Below, in pieces: positions 9,104 through 19,233 of a stretch of 64,000 nucleotides of DNA (the stretch's first letter is position 1; every line of letters starts with the position of its first letter). The translations under genes were made by a program, and so were the position numbers. The DNA comes from Phycisphaeraceae bacterium (GTDB taxonomy: Bacteria; Planctomycetota; Phycisphaerae; Phycisphaerales; Phycisphaeraceae), in assembly GCA_963674705.1 (NCBI GenBank), contig OY771506.1, positions 544,001 through 608,000 of the forward strand, given 5' to 3'. The notes beneath the pieces are model-generated. The model was not told the DNA's origin. It saw only the letters and a list, made by a program, of their open reading frames with translations, and did not search any database.

Positions 9104-11710
9104 TCAGTCCGCATGGTCCAGACGGATCGGATTCGAATAACGTGATGACATCTTACCTAGATAATCGAACCACGCGGTTGCGTCAGGGAAGTCTCCGCTT
9201 TTAGACCAGCCCGCCCCAGCGTAGTAGACAAACGGCTTGCCAATCTGGATCTCCGTCACCACCAGCGTATGCGTATTGGTCTCATCGTGCGCGTTTGCAC
9301 CAACGCCCGATGTGCGTGTCTGGGTGTGTGCCGTGACCTTGAAGTCGTTGTGAGGCAGAATGGCACCGATGCCGGTATGTACGTACTCACCGTTGCGGGG
9401 TTCCCAGTAGCCGACCCAGCCATCGCCCGATTCCGCCTTTCCCCCTCCTTTACGGTTCACGAGCCCCACAGCGATCGGCAGGGCACCGGCCTTGCCTTCA
9501 AACTTGAATACAGATTCGATCCGACTGAGATTGCGTCCGCGGTCGAGACTGATCCGTTTCGTCTCACTTATTTCGCCCAAAGGTGTGTCCCATGGAGCGA
9601 AGTCCAACTCGAAAAGGACACGGATCGGCCCGTTGGCGAGTACGCGCGCGGTCGTGTAGTGGCCGGATGTCCACAGCTTACCATCGGCGTACACACCCAG
9701 GCCTCCAGCGCCACGGCTCTTGCCGACCTTGTAGCTGTCAGCGCCTTCACCGTGGTCGGTGTGGTAATCCTCGCTGGCGTACCACTTGTCAATGATCGGG
9801 TAACGAACGGACTTCGTCCATACATCGATGCCGCTGCCTGCATCGTTGGCGGATTCCAACGCAGGGCCGTACGTACGGTAGGCTATGCGGTCACTCTCCC
9901 AAGCGAAGTCGTCTACACGCTCGGGGACCGGCCGCCCAAAGACACGGGATGTCGAAACGGGCAGCTCATGATCAACCTTATAGATACGGAAGGACTTGGC
10001 TTGCTTGGCTTGGAAGTGAGTCTGTATGAGCAGTTGATCCGGTTTGCCGTCTGCATCGTTATCCATTACCTGGGTCAGCAGCAACTCACCGGTGAGCTCG
10101 TCCAGAACAGCCACATTCTTCGGGGTCAACTCATCCAGTTTGCTGGTGATACTTGCCCAGTCGAATTCAATCGTCTCGTTCAGCCGCAGTACCTCCAGAT
10201 CATTTCGGCCGACAAGCCGGATGGATGGTGCACCCTCGAGCAGTGTCATCTTGTGGACTTCGGCCGCGGCGAGGAGCAGGCCACCGATGCCGTAGGGCAT
10301 GGTGGCTTCGGGATCGAAGTCGTTGGGATGCTCACCGATGGGCTGGGTGCGTGTAAGTTTGCCATTTGGCTTGGTGACGCCGACCAGCGCCCGCCAGCCC
10401 CTGTCAACGACGGGACGATAGACTTCGGCATCGAGCAGACCATGGTTTATTCCCCACGCCAGGCCGTAGACGAAGAACGCCGTGCCGCTGGTTTCAGACT
10501 TCTTCCAGCGCACGGGATCAAGCAGGCCCATGGGCCAGAATCCGGCGTCACCCTGGATCGTTCGAATTTTCTCGGCCATCTGCTTATAAAGCGTCAAGTA
10601 CCGCGCGCGGTTGGGGTGATCGATCGGTAGATCCTCAAGCATCCGTGTCAGGCCCGCGAACACCCAGCCGTTGCCACGCGCCCAGAAGACACGTTCGCCG
10701 TTCGGCTCGGTCTTCTCGAAGAAGCTGCTGTCCCGCTGGTACAGGTGCCGTTTCGTATCGTACAGGTAATCCGTGGTTTTCCACCAAAGGCTGTCGGCGA
10801 AGTCAAGGTAGCGCCGGTCGCCTGTGGCGGTGTAGAGCCGGGCTAGCGTCGGCGGCCCCATGAAGAGGGCATCGCACCAGGCCAACTCTCTTGTCTCGAT
10901 CTTATTTTTCCATTCGAGTGATTCGTCCCAGGTCTCGGTCATGATCCGATCGAAACGTTCACGTGTCGGCGCGAGCATCGCGAGCCGCTGGTCATGCAGG
11001 TATACCGCGGCATAGGGCCAACCGATCGCCCAGTCGTCTGCGTGCCGGGGGCGACCGCCGAGTTTCCAACCGTTCCTTACGCAAACCCGGTGCACCTCAT
11101 CAAGCATGTCCTGATCGTGCATCTGCTCTGCAAACTTGATTAATCCGGTCAGGTAAGTCGCCCAGACCCACTCACGGTAATTTTTGCTCCAATACTTGTA
11201 GTACCTGCCGTACTCGGGCGTGTTCTCGAAGTGGTCGAGCTGCCACTGTGCGGCCCGATGCCCCACATCGGCGACACACGAGGGGGTCAGATCGTCGCAT
11301 AACGGAGGCGGCGACGGGTCTGGGGCGATCGTCGGTTGTTTGGCGGTCTGCTGTCCCTGTGCCGCCAGGATATCCGGGCCTGCTGTCTTAGTGACTCTGC
11401 CAACGTCCCGGTTATTCCAGCCAACGAACGTCGTGATCGGCCCCCGCGGCCCGAGCAGCGCGGTGGTGTTGTCTTCCTGTGAGAAGGACACTGTACTCAT
11501 CGACCGCATCGTGCCATCGGGATGCTCTGTATCAACGACCAAACGCTCATCCTGATACCAGTGCCATACCTCGTTTGGAGCGGCGACGGTATTGGTCAGC
11601 GTGAACAGGATACCGCTGTTGATCATATCAGCGCCAAGAACGTAGTCTGTGGCTGATGGAGCGATAGTACATAGAACGAGAATACTCAATCTGTAGATCG
11701 GGCAGAACAT
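9104..11710 (-). CDS. GH105 unsaturated uronyl hydrolase fused to DUF4861
   Basis: HADD, WCDALFMGPP, FWARGNGWV, ETSGTAFF, YGIGGLLLA; DUF4861 VPERVDDFAWESDRIAYRTYGP, YHTDHGEGADSYKVG. Confidence 0.88.
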   Translation of the reverse strand: MFCPIYRLSILVLCTIAPSATDYVLGADMINSGILFTLTNTVAAPNEVWHWYQDERLVVDTEHPDGTMRSMSTVSFSQEDNTTALLGPRGPITTFVGWNNRDVGRVTKTAGPDILAAQGQQTAKQPTIAPDPSPPPLCDDLTPSCVADVGHRAAQWQLDHFENTPEYGRYYKYWSKNYREWVWATYLTGLIKFAEQMHDQDMLDEVHRVCVRNGWKLGGRPRHADDWAIGWPYAAVYLHDQRLAMLAPTRERFDRIMTETWDESLEWKNKIETRELAWCDALFMGPPTLARLYTATGDRRYLDFADSLWWKTTDYLYDTKRHLYQRDSSFFEKTEPNGERVFWARGNGWVFAGLTRMLEDLPIDHPNRARYLTLYKQMAEKIRTIQGDAGFWPMGLLDPVRWKKSETSGTAFFVYGLAWGINHGLLDAEVYRPVVDRGWRALVGVTKPNGKLTRTQPIGEHPNDFDPEATMPYGIGGLLLAAAEVHKMTLLEGAPSIRLVGRNDLEVLRLNETIEFDWASITSKLDELTPKNVAVLDELTGELLLTQVMDNDADGKPDQLLIQTHFQAKQAKSFRIYKVDHELPVSTSRVFGRPVPERVDDFAWESDRIAYRTYGPALESANDAGSGIDVWTKSVRYPIIDKWYASEDYHTDHGEGADSYKVGKSRGAGGLGVYADGKLWTSGHYTTARVLANGPIRVLFELDFAPWDTPLGEISETKRISLDRGRNLSRIESVFKFEGKAGALPIAVGLVNRKGGGKAESGDGWVGYWEPRNGEYVHTGIGAILPHNDFKVTAHTQTRTSGVGANAHDETNTHTLVVTEIQIGKPFVYYAGAGWSKSGDFPDATAWFDYLGKMSSRYSNPIRLDHAD

Positions 11711-12026
11711 ACAATAAATCCTCCAGCAACAGAATATTAAAATGTATTAGCGTGTGTGCTTTTCCCGAATATTGTGGATGACGCAATGAAAATGGCGGCG
11801 TCCTTTGGGTGTGTTCAAACATGCCCATTCCCCTATACAAAGGAGAACGCCACCATTGAAGTGGTCCATTGTGCACCGATCTGGTCGTTTCTGCTGTAAA
11901 CAAGGCGCGCAGCAGGCCTATTTTTTTCAATTCTCGCGATATCATGGTTGTATTCGCTTATCTGAACAACAACAGAATTGTGAAAGCCGTTTTTAATTAA
12001 AGCCGTGTCTCCAAGATAAATTAGCA

Positions 12027-12170
12027 ATGACGGACCAAAGCCTACTAGCCGGGTATGTGCATGCCCGTGACCATAAGGCGTTCGAGTTAATCGTGACGCG
12101 CTACCAAGGTATGGTCTACGCCGTCTGCCAGCGTCCTCTGAATAACTGCGCAGATATCGATGATGTACAC
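12027..12170 (+). pseudogene. ECF sigma factor N-terminal relic
   Basis: MTDQSLLAGYVHARDHKAFELIVTRYQGMVYAVCQRPLNNCADIDDV matches sigma region 2 start, then similarity ends. Confidence 0.7.
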
Positions 12171-12495
12171 GGACGATCGCCAAACACCCAATACGGGCTG
12201 GCTTTCAAGCTGGCCGAAGCACAGTACAAGGGATATTACTCGAGGATAACTGTGTCAAACATCCAAACCAACGACACCCATCGCAGCGCGGTTGCTGCGC
12301 AGTGACTGAGTGATGGCTGAACTTCGATGTCCATGATCAGTTCGTATTCTGCCAGATTCTCGATCACAATCCGCTGGGCCACTAGAACTGGTTTCAAAAC
12401 GGTATCTGTTAGGTGAGAGATCGCGGATAATTACACAGGATTAGACATTGTTAGAGATTCTGAAACAGCTTCTACACACAGCGCAGGAATTACTT

Positions 12496-13662
12496 CTAAA
12501 GAGTGTCCAGCAATTGACCCTTATGGACACACTCCATAATCATTGCTTCGATATCTTTAATTACACTGTATTCATTATCCTGCAGGTCTCCCGCCGGAGT
12601 GAGTGTGCCAGAATCGATATCTATCACAGAAGTATTTTGGGAAGCTAGTTCGCAAGCCATAACATGTTGACGTACATTAGCAAGTGATGCGGGTTCATAA
12701 CTTTCGACTTTCCCTTGAATAAGACCGACCAGAGTCGGAGCGATCAGGTAATGTGACTGATTATTACATGGTATACGTTCACAATCACCATCATGCTCAA
12801 TAATTATATTCCTATTATCCGTCACATTGATATGGCCCCGTTCGGTGTATACCCTCACGGTGGGTGTGACTTCGGTACGGCTTGCGTGAGTCAGATGAAC
12901 GTCAACTTCTATGCCTGATGTCGTGGTGATCCGCATACTGATCGTATCATAATTCTCAATATTCGCTGCTCGGTAGAGATAAGATTGTACGTGCTTTACT
13001 TCTGCGGCTGCCCCCGGCGTTGAGCCGCTCAGAAACAATGCTAGCATGATATAATGGGACATTGCATTGCAGGCAGGACTGTCGTTGACGATACGCTGAC
13101 CGATACGCTTGCGCCCCGCCCAATCGTTGCGTAAATAGTACTGACTACTCCTGGGCCAGCAACCATAAACAACGGCCCGCTTAATTTTTCCCAGTCGTCC
13201 ACTTGCCAAGGTATTATTTGCATCCAGTATCACTGGATCAAACAAGTGGTGAAAGGCGACAAGAACGGGTAATCCCGTTTTCTTCTGAACCGATATCATT
13301 GCGTCTACATCCTGCACGCATCCCGCTGCCGGCTTCTCACATATTACGGCTATCCCCCTTTCCAAAGCTGCAATCGTATATTCCCGATGCAAGTGAATGG
13401 GTAACGGCAACCACACCGCGTCCAGATCCATAGCAAACAACTCATCCGCACTGCGAACAATCTTAATGTCAACTTCACGATACTTGTTGATCAGCGTAGA
13501 ACATTCTTGGGGTGAAGGATCACAAGCGGCAACAAACTGGATACCGTCGACCTCTTTGATGTGTTGCTCTGCTAACCGACTATATACCGCACCGCCATAA
13601 CCGCGTATACCTATTGTTCCAAATCGTAGCGCCTGGCCTGATTTTCTTGTGGTTAAAGACAT
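12496..13662 (-). CDS. Gfo/Idh/MocA oxidoreductase
   Basis: IGIRGYG, LPIHLH, CEKP. Confidence 0.88.
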   Translation of the reverse strand: MSLTTRKSGQALRFGTIGIRGYGGAVYSRLAEQHIKEVDGIQFVAACDPSPQECSTLINKYREVDIKIVRSADELFAMDLDAVWLPLPIHLHREYTIAALERGIAVICEKPAAGCVQDVDAMISVQKKTGLPVLVAFHHLFDPVILDANNTLASGRLGKIKRAVVYGCWPRSSQYYLRNDWAGRKRIGQRIVNDSPACNAMSHYIMLALFLSGSTPGAAAEVKHVQSYLYRAANIENYDTISMRITTTSGIEVDVHLTHASRTEVTPTVRVYTERGHINVTDNRNIIIEHDGDCERIPCNNQSHYLIAPTLVGLIQGKVESYEPASLANVRQHVMACELASQNTSVIDIDSGTLTPAGDLQDNEYSVIKDIEAMIMECVHKGQLLDTL

Positions 13663-13801
13663 ACTGAACTATTCAGCTATCGCTAGAGAAAATCCAAAGC
13701 AATGAATTCTACCATGAGTATTCATGCTTTCATAAGCCGCGTTTGAATCAAAACTGTTCCGGCTCCCATTGGTTAGTGAGTTATCGGTTAAGAATAATTA
13801 A

Positions 13802-15967
13802 TTATGTGCGTCTACGTAAGATCGCCGTGCTACAAACACCAAGTATCACCGCGCTGGCGGGCTCGGGAATCGTTGGGATACTTCCGGAAGGTGGGGTGCC
13901 CATGTTCCACTGATTCAAAATGATGTCCAGATCGTCCAGGCCGACGAACCCATCACGGTTTATATCGCCTTGCAGCCTCGGCATCACTTCTGCAAAGCCA
14001 ATGCCGTCATACCAGATTCGTCCTGAATCAGCAGTGCTGTCATCATCAATAAATACGCTAATCGATTCACCTTGAGCAAGATCAATCCTGCCAAGATAGG
14101 CGCGATAGAGCGAGCGGTTGGCCTCATCAAGCAGTAACGTCGTATCAAATTGTGTCTCATCGGCTTGCTGAGAACCGCGCCGACGATAAACCATAAGATT
14201 GTCTTCAGACAATCCGGCTAGGATGCGCCAGTCAGCATCCATCGCACTCCAGAAGTAAGCGAACACATCATACGTGCCCTCGCTCAGGTCTGTCACTGTT
14301 GTTTCGAGTGTAGGCACACTCTCGCTGTCGTTCTCATCCGCTGTGAAGACGTTTGAGCCATTGGCGAAGCCGGTGCGGAGATGCCAGTTGTTGTCCGCGG
14401 CTCCTTGGCTTGAACCGGTCGTGGGATTGAATGCGAGCCCGTCAGCGCGTGTGGTGTTGCTCAGATCCGCATCGAGGTATTCAACCCAACAGAGCTGTTC
14501 TGTGTCACGGATGACCACCCCGGTCACGGCGGTATCGAAGTACTGTGATGAACTCATATCACCACGCCACCAGATCAATGCTGTTTCCTCTTCATTCCAA
14601 GCCGGCACAATGGGGCGTAGGTTGTCATAAGATGAGTTCTCCGTGATGGGCGTCCATGCCCATGTTGCGCCCTTGTTATACGTTATCCCCTTGTATATCT
14701 CATGGTGTGCGAGGTTAGTGTTGGTATTGGGATCGATCTCGGTAGAAATGTAGACGACATTGGGATTATTGGGGTCCAGCGCGCCGAGACCTGTGTAATC
14801 GGTCTCGTTACCACCGAACAAAGAAGCACCGGCACGGGCGATCTCATGGGTACTCCAAGTCTGTGTGTTTGGATCAAAGCGGGCGAACCATACATTGTGA
14901 TTGTTAGACCCGACTGTGTGGCTGCTGAAGGCCCCGTCTCGTGCCTTAAACAGCATACTGATCGACCCATCCGGGTACGACTGGATGTCGCTGTTCCATG
15001 CCCGGGAGTTCTCGGTCGTACCTGCTTGGAATACCTTTGTGAAGTCGTCTGTGGACGTGACGTTGCTGGCGTTAAATGAAGTTGCGGCGTCGAAAATGTC
15101 GCCATCAATCACGTTGCCGGCCGAATCGTACATTTTCCCGCCTTGGATATAGGCATGGTAGATACTGGTGTTGTAGTCGCGCGGGTGATATTCGGTGGCG
15201 ATGATATCGATACGGTCCACACCGTTGGATACGTACTTGTAGTACCCATTGACGTAGCTGCTGACCGGCGGGGTTGCGTTCTGCTTAGTCAGCTGGCCGC
15301 CGTAGTTCCACGACGCGCCATTGTCATCGGAATACATGATGTGCGGGCTTTGCTGCGTGCGAGCGATGTTATAGAGCCGGCCATTACCGTCGCCATCTGT
15401 GTCTTCCGCCGAGAGTTGGAAGACGTTTGAGTAGGTTGTGCCACCCGAGCCCGGGGCATTAGCGGGGATCACGTCCCACCAGTGATACTCCGATTGGGCG
15501 TTCCAAGTCTGCGTCGAAGCGTCGAGAGTGCGATAGAAACTACGATCATCCTCAACGCTAAACACATTGTTATGACCAGCATAGAAGGCTAATACATCGC
15601 CGTCTTCTTTAACTAAAAGCCCTGGGACATTATGGTCGTCGCCCCCCCCGTATGACTCGATATCACCTAACACCGAAGCGTTGCGCAGCCCTGTATTAAG
15701 ATCGAATCGAGTTACCCGGACGTGCCCATCTACAGCCTCACCGCCGTAACCACCACGGTTAGCAATAGAGCCAATTAAAATCTGATTGTTTGCCGTGTCG
15801 ACTACCGCACGTTCGTCCTGATACCAACTCCATGCTCCATTTTCGGAGAATTGGATCAGGTTGCCATGGACATAGTCAACAGATGTCTGTGCGGAAGCAG
15901 AGTGGGAATATACGATCCCTATCAGGAGGGTGAGCATTGCACTACGTTGTACTAATGAATACTTCAT
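13802..15967 (-). CDS. Secreted BNR-4-like beta-propeller protein with single dockerin-like repeat and PEP-CTERM
   Basis: Signal peptide; GAWSWYQDERA, DDHNVP, SDDNGASW Asp-box, NLRP; C-terminus GDINRDGFVGLDDLD...IPEPAS...RRRT. Confidence 0.8.
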   Translation of the reverse strand: MKYSLVQRSAMLTLLIGIVYSHSASAQTSVDYVHGNLIQFSENGAWSWYQDERAVVDTANNQILIGSIANRGGYGGEAVDGHVRVTRFDLNTGLRNASVLGDIESYGGGDDHNVPGLLVKEDGDVLAFYAGHNNVFSVEDDRSFYRTLDASTQTWNAQSEYHWWDVIPANAPGSGGTTYSNVFQLSAEDTDGDGNGRLYNIARTQQSPHIMYSDDNGASWNYGGQLTKQNATPPVSSYVNGYYKYVSNGVDRIDIIATEYHPRDYNTSIYHAYIQGGKMYDSAGNVIDGDIFDAATSFNASNVTSTDDFTKVFQAGTTENSRAWNSDIQSYPDGSISMLFKARDGAFSSHTVGSNNHNVWFARFDPNTQTWSTHEIARAGASLFGGNETDYTGLGALDPNNPNVVYISTEIDPNTNTNLAHHEIYKGITYNKGATWAWTPITENSSYDNLRPIVPAWNEEETALIWWRGDMSSSQYFDTAVTGVVIRDTEQLCWVEYLDADLSNTTRADGLAFNPTTGSSQGAADNNWHLRTGFANGSNVFTADENDSESVPTLETTVTDLSEGTYDVFAYFWSAMDADWRILAGLSEDNLMVYRRRGSQQADETQFDTTLLLDEANRSLYRAYLGRIDLAQGESISVFIDDDSTADSGRIWYDGIGFAEVMPRLQGDINRDGFVGLDDLDIILNQWNMGTPPSGSIPTIPEPASAVILGVCSTAILRRRT

Positions 15968-16023
15968 TGATATTTATTTCTCCATATTTCCTGGAGATAT
16001 CCCAAAGGTTTTAGAAAGAGAGA

Positions 16024-16872
16024 CTACTTTGCGGGAGAGTCGTTGAACATTTCCAGAGTGATGGACTTCCAGTCGAGTTCAACAGCTTCGGCGTGGCCGT
16101 CAAAGAACGCTAATGTAGTTCTGCCACGGTGACGGTCGTCATCGGCAGCAATCAGCCGGCTGCCGGGGCGCGGGCGTCCATTAAAGTACTCGAAGTTCAG
16201 ATGATTCTTGGTGTAAACACCAGAGACAGCAAGTTGCCAGTTCTTAAGGGTATAGCCGCTTTGTGCTATTAGGTCAGTGATGTTCATTTCGGCAAAGAGA
16301 TATGTGCCACTGGTGCGGGTGACCATATCGACAGATTCAACAGCAGACCATCTGCCCCCATAGCTTCCACGATATGTTGTTTCGAGATATAGATTGTGTT
16401 CTTTGAATCCTTGGAACCATAGGGAGTTGACAGCATAGCCCAGCGAATAAGTCCGGTCGTCCACAGATGGGCAGTGGAACAGGTCATCGTGCTTGTCCAT
16501 CCAGTCAGAAACATCGGTTGATCCGGGATTGACGATATCGCCTTGCGGTTTATCCAGGCCGAGATATTCCGCCAACGCGTAGAAGGTAAATCCCAAACCA
16601 TTGTCTGTATTACCGGGCCCGAAGTCTTTGAATATGTTGTCTCGGTAGCCGCCGCGCACCATATAATCTCTGTTGTCGGCAGCGAAGGAACACTCGGCCT
16701 GCCCGAAGCTGCGTTGATTCGCCAAGCACTGAACTTGCTTCGCGGTGGCACGGGCGGCTCCAAGCGCCGGCAAGAGGATGCCGATCAGCAAGGCGATGAT
16801 TGAAATCACCACAAGCAATTCAATAAGTGTAAATCCTTTTATCTGTAATGGTTTAATATGCATTGCATACAT
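16024..16872 (-). CDS. Prepilin-type N-terminal cleavage/methylation protein with H-X9-DG motif (DUF1559-like)
   Basis: [40 protein letters not shown]. Confidence 0.9.
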   Translation of the reverse strand: MYAMHIKPLQIKGFTLIELLVVISIIALLIGILLPALGAARATAKQVQCLANQRSFGQAECSFAADNRDYMVRGGYRDNIFKDFGPGNTDNGLGFTFYALAEYLGLDKPQGDIVNPGSTDVSDWMDKHDDLFHCPSVDDRTYSLGYAVNSLWFQGFKEHNLYLETTYRGSYGGRWSAVESVDMVTRTSGTYLFAEMNITDLIAQSGYTLKNWQLAVSGVYTKNHLNFEYFNGRPRPGSRLIAADDDRHRGRTTLAFFDGHAEAVELDWKSITLEMFNDSPAK

Positions 16873-16973
16873 CCTGTAGTGGGAGAGTGCTTACTGGGTG
16901 TGGCTACCAGATGTCTGTGCGCTGTAAATGCCCGCCGTGGGCGAGCGAACCCACGGCAGACGAGGATTGAGGG

Positions 16974-17849
16974 TTACTTCCGACTGCGGAGGATGGCGAT
17001 TCCACTCACGCCAAGCAGCGCCAGACTGGCTGGCTCTGGGATGGAAGGCGAGCCTGCGGGTGTTGGAGGCGTACCCATATTCCACTCATTCAGAACGATG
17101 TCCAAGTCGTCCAGGCCGACAAATCCGTCATTGTTGATGTCGCCTAGTAGTACCGGCGGCGGCGGGACATAGGTGTCGATGTCGCCCGTGATATTGTCGA
17201 TCCAGATGTTGGTTTCAGAACCACCGGTTCGTGTGGTGTCGATCTGCAAAGTCACGCTGCGTGCGCCTGATGGGATCTGTCCATAAACACTTTCTTCGAG
17301 CCAGCCGGTAAATTCATAACCATTGTCAGCATCCAGAGCGACGCTGTACCCCGTACCCAGTTCCGCACCAGAGCCATCGGTGGATGCGAAAAAGTGTGTA
17401 GAGAAGGACCCCGTGTCACGCTGGTCGTCACTGGCATATATGAAGCTCAAATCAAGAGCCTGATCGCCGTTATCGATTAATGCGGCAAACGAGGAAATGT
17501 CTACTGTTTGAACCAAGATGCCATCGGTTGGCTGGTCTATGGCACCAGCTGATGTACGTGCGGTGGTGAGAATGTAGTCACCCAGCCCAGGTGCCGGTGC
17601 GGTTGCAGCTTCGTCGAGAGTCGGATTACCACTTTCATCAATGATACCCGTATAGAAGCCCGGGGGTAGACCACCCGCGTCGGCGACGCTCAGGTCTGTC
17701 CATCCACTGGGCGGCGCAACGTCATCCGCACCGTCGAGCTCGAAGTCACCGTTGATGATGTTGATAGGCGCTGCGATTGCGGGGGCAGCCAACAACATCG
17801 AAAACACCCCACTTGCCAAGAGTGCTGGGTATGAATGCGTGCGTAACAT
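16974..17849 (-). CDS. PEP-CTERM protein, putative jelly-roll domain plus single dockerin-like repeat
   Basis: Signal peptide, INGDFE, WIDNI, GDINNDGFVGLDDLD, IPEPAS...RSRK. Confidence 0.85.
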   Translation of the reverse strand: MLRTHSYPALLASGVFSMLLAAPAIAAPINIINGDFELDGADDVAPPSGWTDLSVADAGGLPPGFYTGIIDESGNPTLDEAATAPAPGLGDYILTTARTSAGAIDQPTDGILVQTVDISSFAALIDNGDQALDLSFIYASDDQRDTGSFSTHFFASTDGSGAELGTGYSVALDADNGYEFTGWLEESVYGQIPSGARSVTLQIDTTRTGGSETNIWIDNITGDIDTYVPPPPVLLGDINNDGFVGLDDLDIVLNEWNMGTPPTPAGSPSIPEPASLALLGVSGIAILRSRK

Positions 17850-18012
17850 GAATAAGCCTCCATTTTTGTGAAGAAAGTGAAAACAAAATGAGTCGAAAAC
17901 TTAAAGACCTGATACATACTGAGAATGTGCTCAATAACTCATACGTGAGTCTGATCGCCACAGGAGGTGTCCTCCACACCACCTGCAAATTCAATCATAG
18001 ATAGCACCCGGC

Positions 18013-18061
18013 TTCGCACAAGAGTTCATGTGCGAACCGAAAGGTGGTGAAATGCGAAGTG
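18013..18061 (-). promoter_or_regulatory. Candidate XylR/AraC operator, copy 1
   Basis: TTCGC-N13-TGCGAAC-N17-CGAAGTG; -10-like TATGAT (17994-17999, minus strand) 13 bp away. Confidence 0.65.
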
Positions 18062-18201
18062 GTTTGCCGCAGAGTTGAACCTATTAGCTATCACGTGGAT
18101 ATCACCATCCATGCCTGCATCGCTGCTATATTCTGCCACCGGATCATCGCTTGCCAAAGTGACGTAGCTTGATATGACGATGTACTATTGCAAAATGAAA
18201 T

Positions 18202-18231
18202 AACGTGTGCATGTTTTCACACACACACGTT
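18202..18231 (-). terminator. Hairpin, probable terminator
   Basis: AACGTGTG/CACACGTT stem followed by ATTTCATTTT on minus strand, just after stop at 18246. Confidence 0.5.
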
Positions 18232-18245
18232 CGGTGTTGGGAGGG

Positions 18246-18983
18246 TTACGCCTGATTCCGACGGGTAAGCAGTGTTGCGCCGCCAAGACCTAACAAGGCC
18301 AAGCTTGCAGGCTCGGGGATGGTATTGATGTCGCCGGTAATGTTGTCGATCCAGACATTGGTTTCCGAACCGCCTGTCCGAGTTGTATCGATCTGAAGTG
18401 TGACGCTACGCGCACCAATGGGTACCAATCCGCCTGCGGTCTCTTCAAACCATCCGGTAAAAGCGTAGCCGTTATCTGCATCCAGGTTAACAAGATATCC
18501 AGCACCCAGTTCTGCTCCGGAGCCGTCAGTCGACCCGAAGAAGTGTAGCGAGAAAACGCCTGTGTCACGGCCGTCATTGCTTGAGTAGATGAAGTCAACA
18601 TTCAGGACCTGGTCACCGGCATCGATCGCGGCGCCGAATGCGGAAAGGTCCACTGTTTGAGTTAGCTGAGCATCGACCGGCTGACTTCCCACGCCCGCTG
18701 AAGTACGCGCGGTTGTCAGGATGTAGCTACCAAGCCCCGGGGCCGGGGCCAGTGCTCCCTCTGCGGCAGTCGGATTACCACTCTCATCGAGGACGCCAGT
18801 CCAGAATGAAGCGGAAGCGCTGTTATCTGTCCAGCCAGATGGTGGCGCCACGTTGTCTGCCGCGTCGGCCTCGAAGTCACCGTTAACGATGCCAATTGAA
18901 GCACCTTGTACAGGGTTGGCTGATAGCGTGGCGGCAAGAACGACAGAACTAATAAACGATGGCCGTTGAAGATACTTTCTCAT
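18246..18983 (-). CDS. PEP-CTERM protein, paralog of 16974..17849
   Basis: Shared blocks APAPGLGxYILTTARTSAG and SVTLQIDTTRTGGSETNxWIDNITGDI; IPEPAS; GGAGG RBS. Confidence 0.85.
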   Translation of the reverse strand: MRKYLQRPSFISSVVLAATLSANPVQGASIGIVNGDFEADAADNVAPPSGWTDNSASASFWTGVLDESGNPTAAEGALAPAPGLGSYILTTARTSAGVGSQPVDAQLTQTVDLSAFGAAIDAGDQVLNVDFIYSSNDGRDTGVFSLHFFGSTDGSGAELGAGYLVNLDADNGYAFTGWFEETAGGLVPIGARSVTLQIDTTRTGGSETNVWIDNITGDINTIPEPASLALLGLGGATLLTRRNQA

Positions 18984-19131
18984 GTTTCCCTCCATATCGT
19001 GAAAAGTAATAACTGAAGACAGGTAATCAACTGAACATACGCGGCTGTGGTCTGCACTGAGAACGCGCGACACAAATTACACTCGGTGGAGCAATACACA
19101 CCTTGTAGTAAGAATGTAAAACAAAAGCGGT

Positions 19132-19180
19132 TTCGCACAAGGGCCCATTTGCGAACATGGCAGCCCCTAAAGACGAAGTG
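19132..19180 (-). promoter_or_regulatory. Candidate XylR/AraC operator, copy 2
   Basis: TTCGCACAAGGGCCCATTTGCGAAC-N17-CGAAGTG; -10-like TACATT (19113-19118, minus strand) 13 bp away. Confidence 0.65.
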
Positions 19181-19233
19181 CCGGAAGGCTCTGTACCGAT
19201 ATCAGTGTTAGAGTGTGATAAGCCTGAATCCGG

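Noticed and set aside
9269..10630. 453-aa plus-strand ORF (likewise 29305..30129, 37112..38035, 48641..49537, 54693..55475)
   Set aside because: Shadow ORFs opposite well-supported genes, expected in GC-rich DNA
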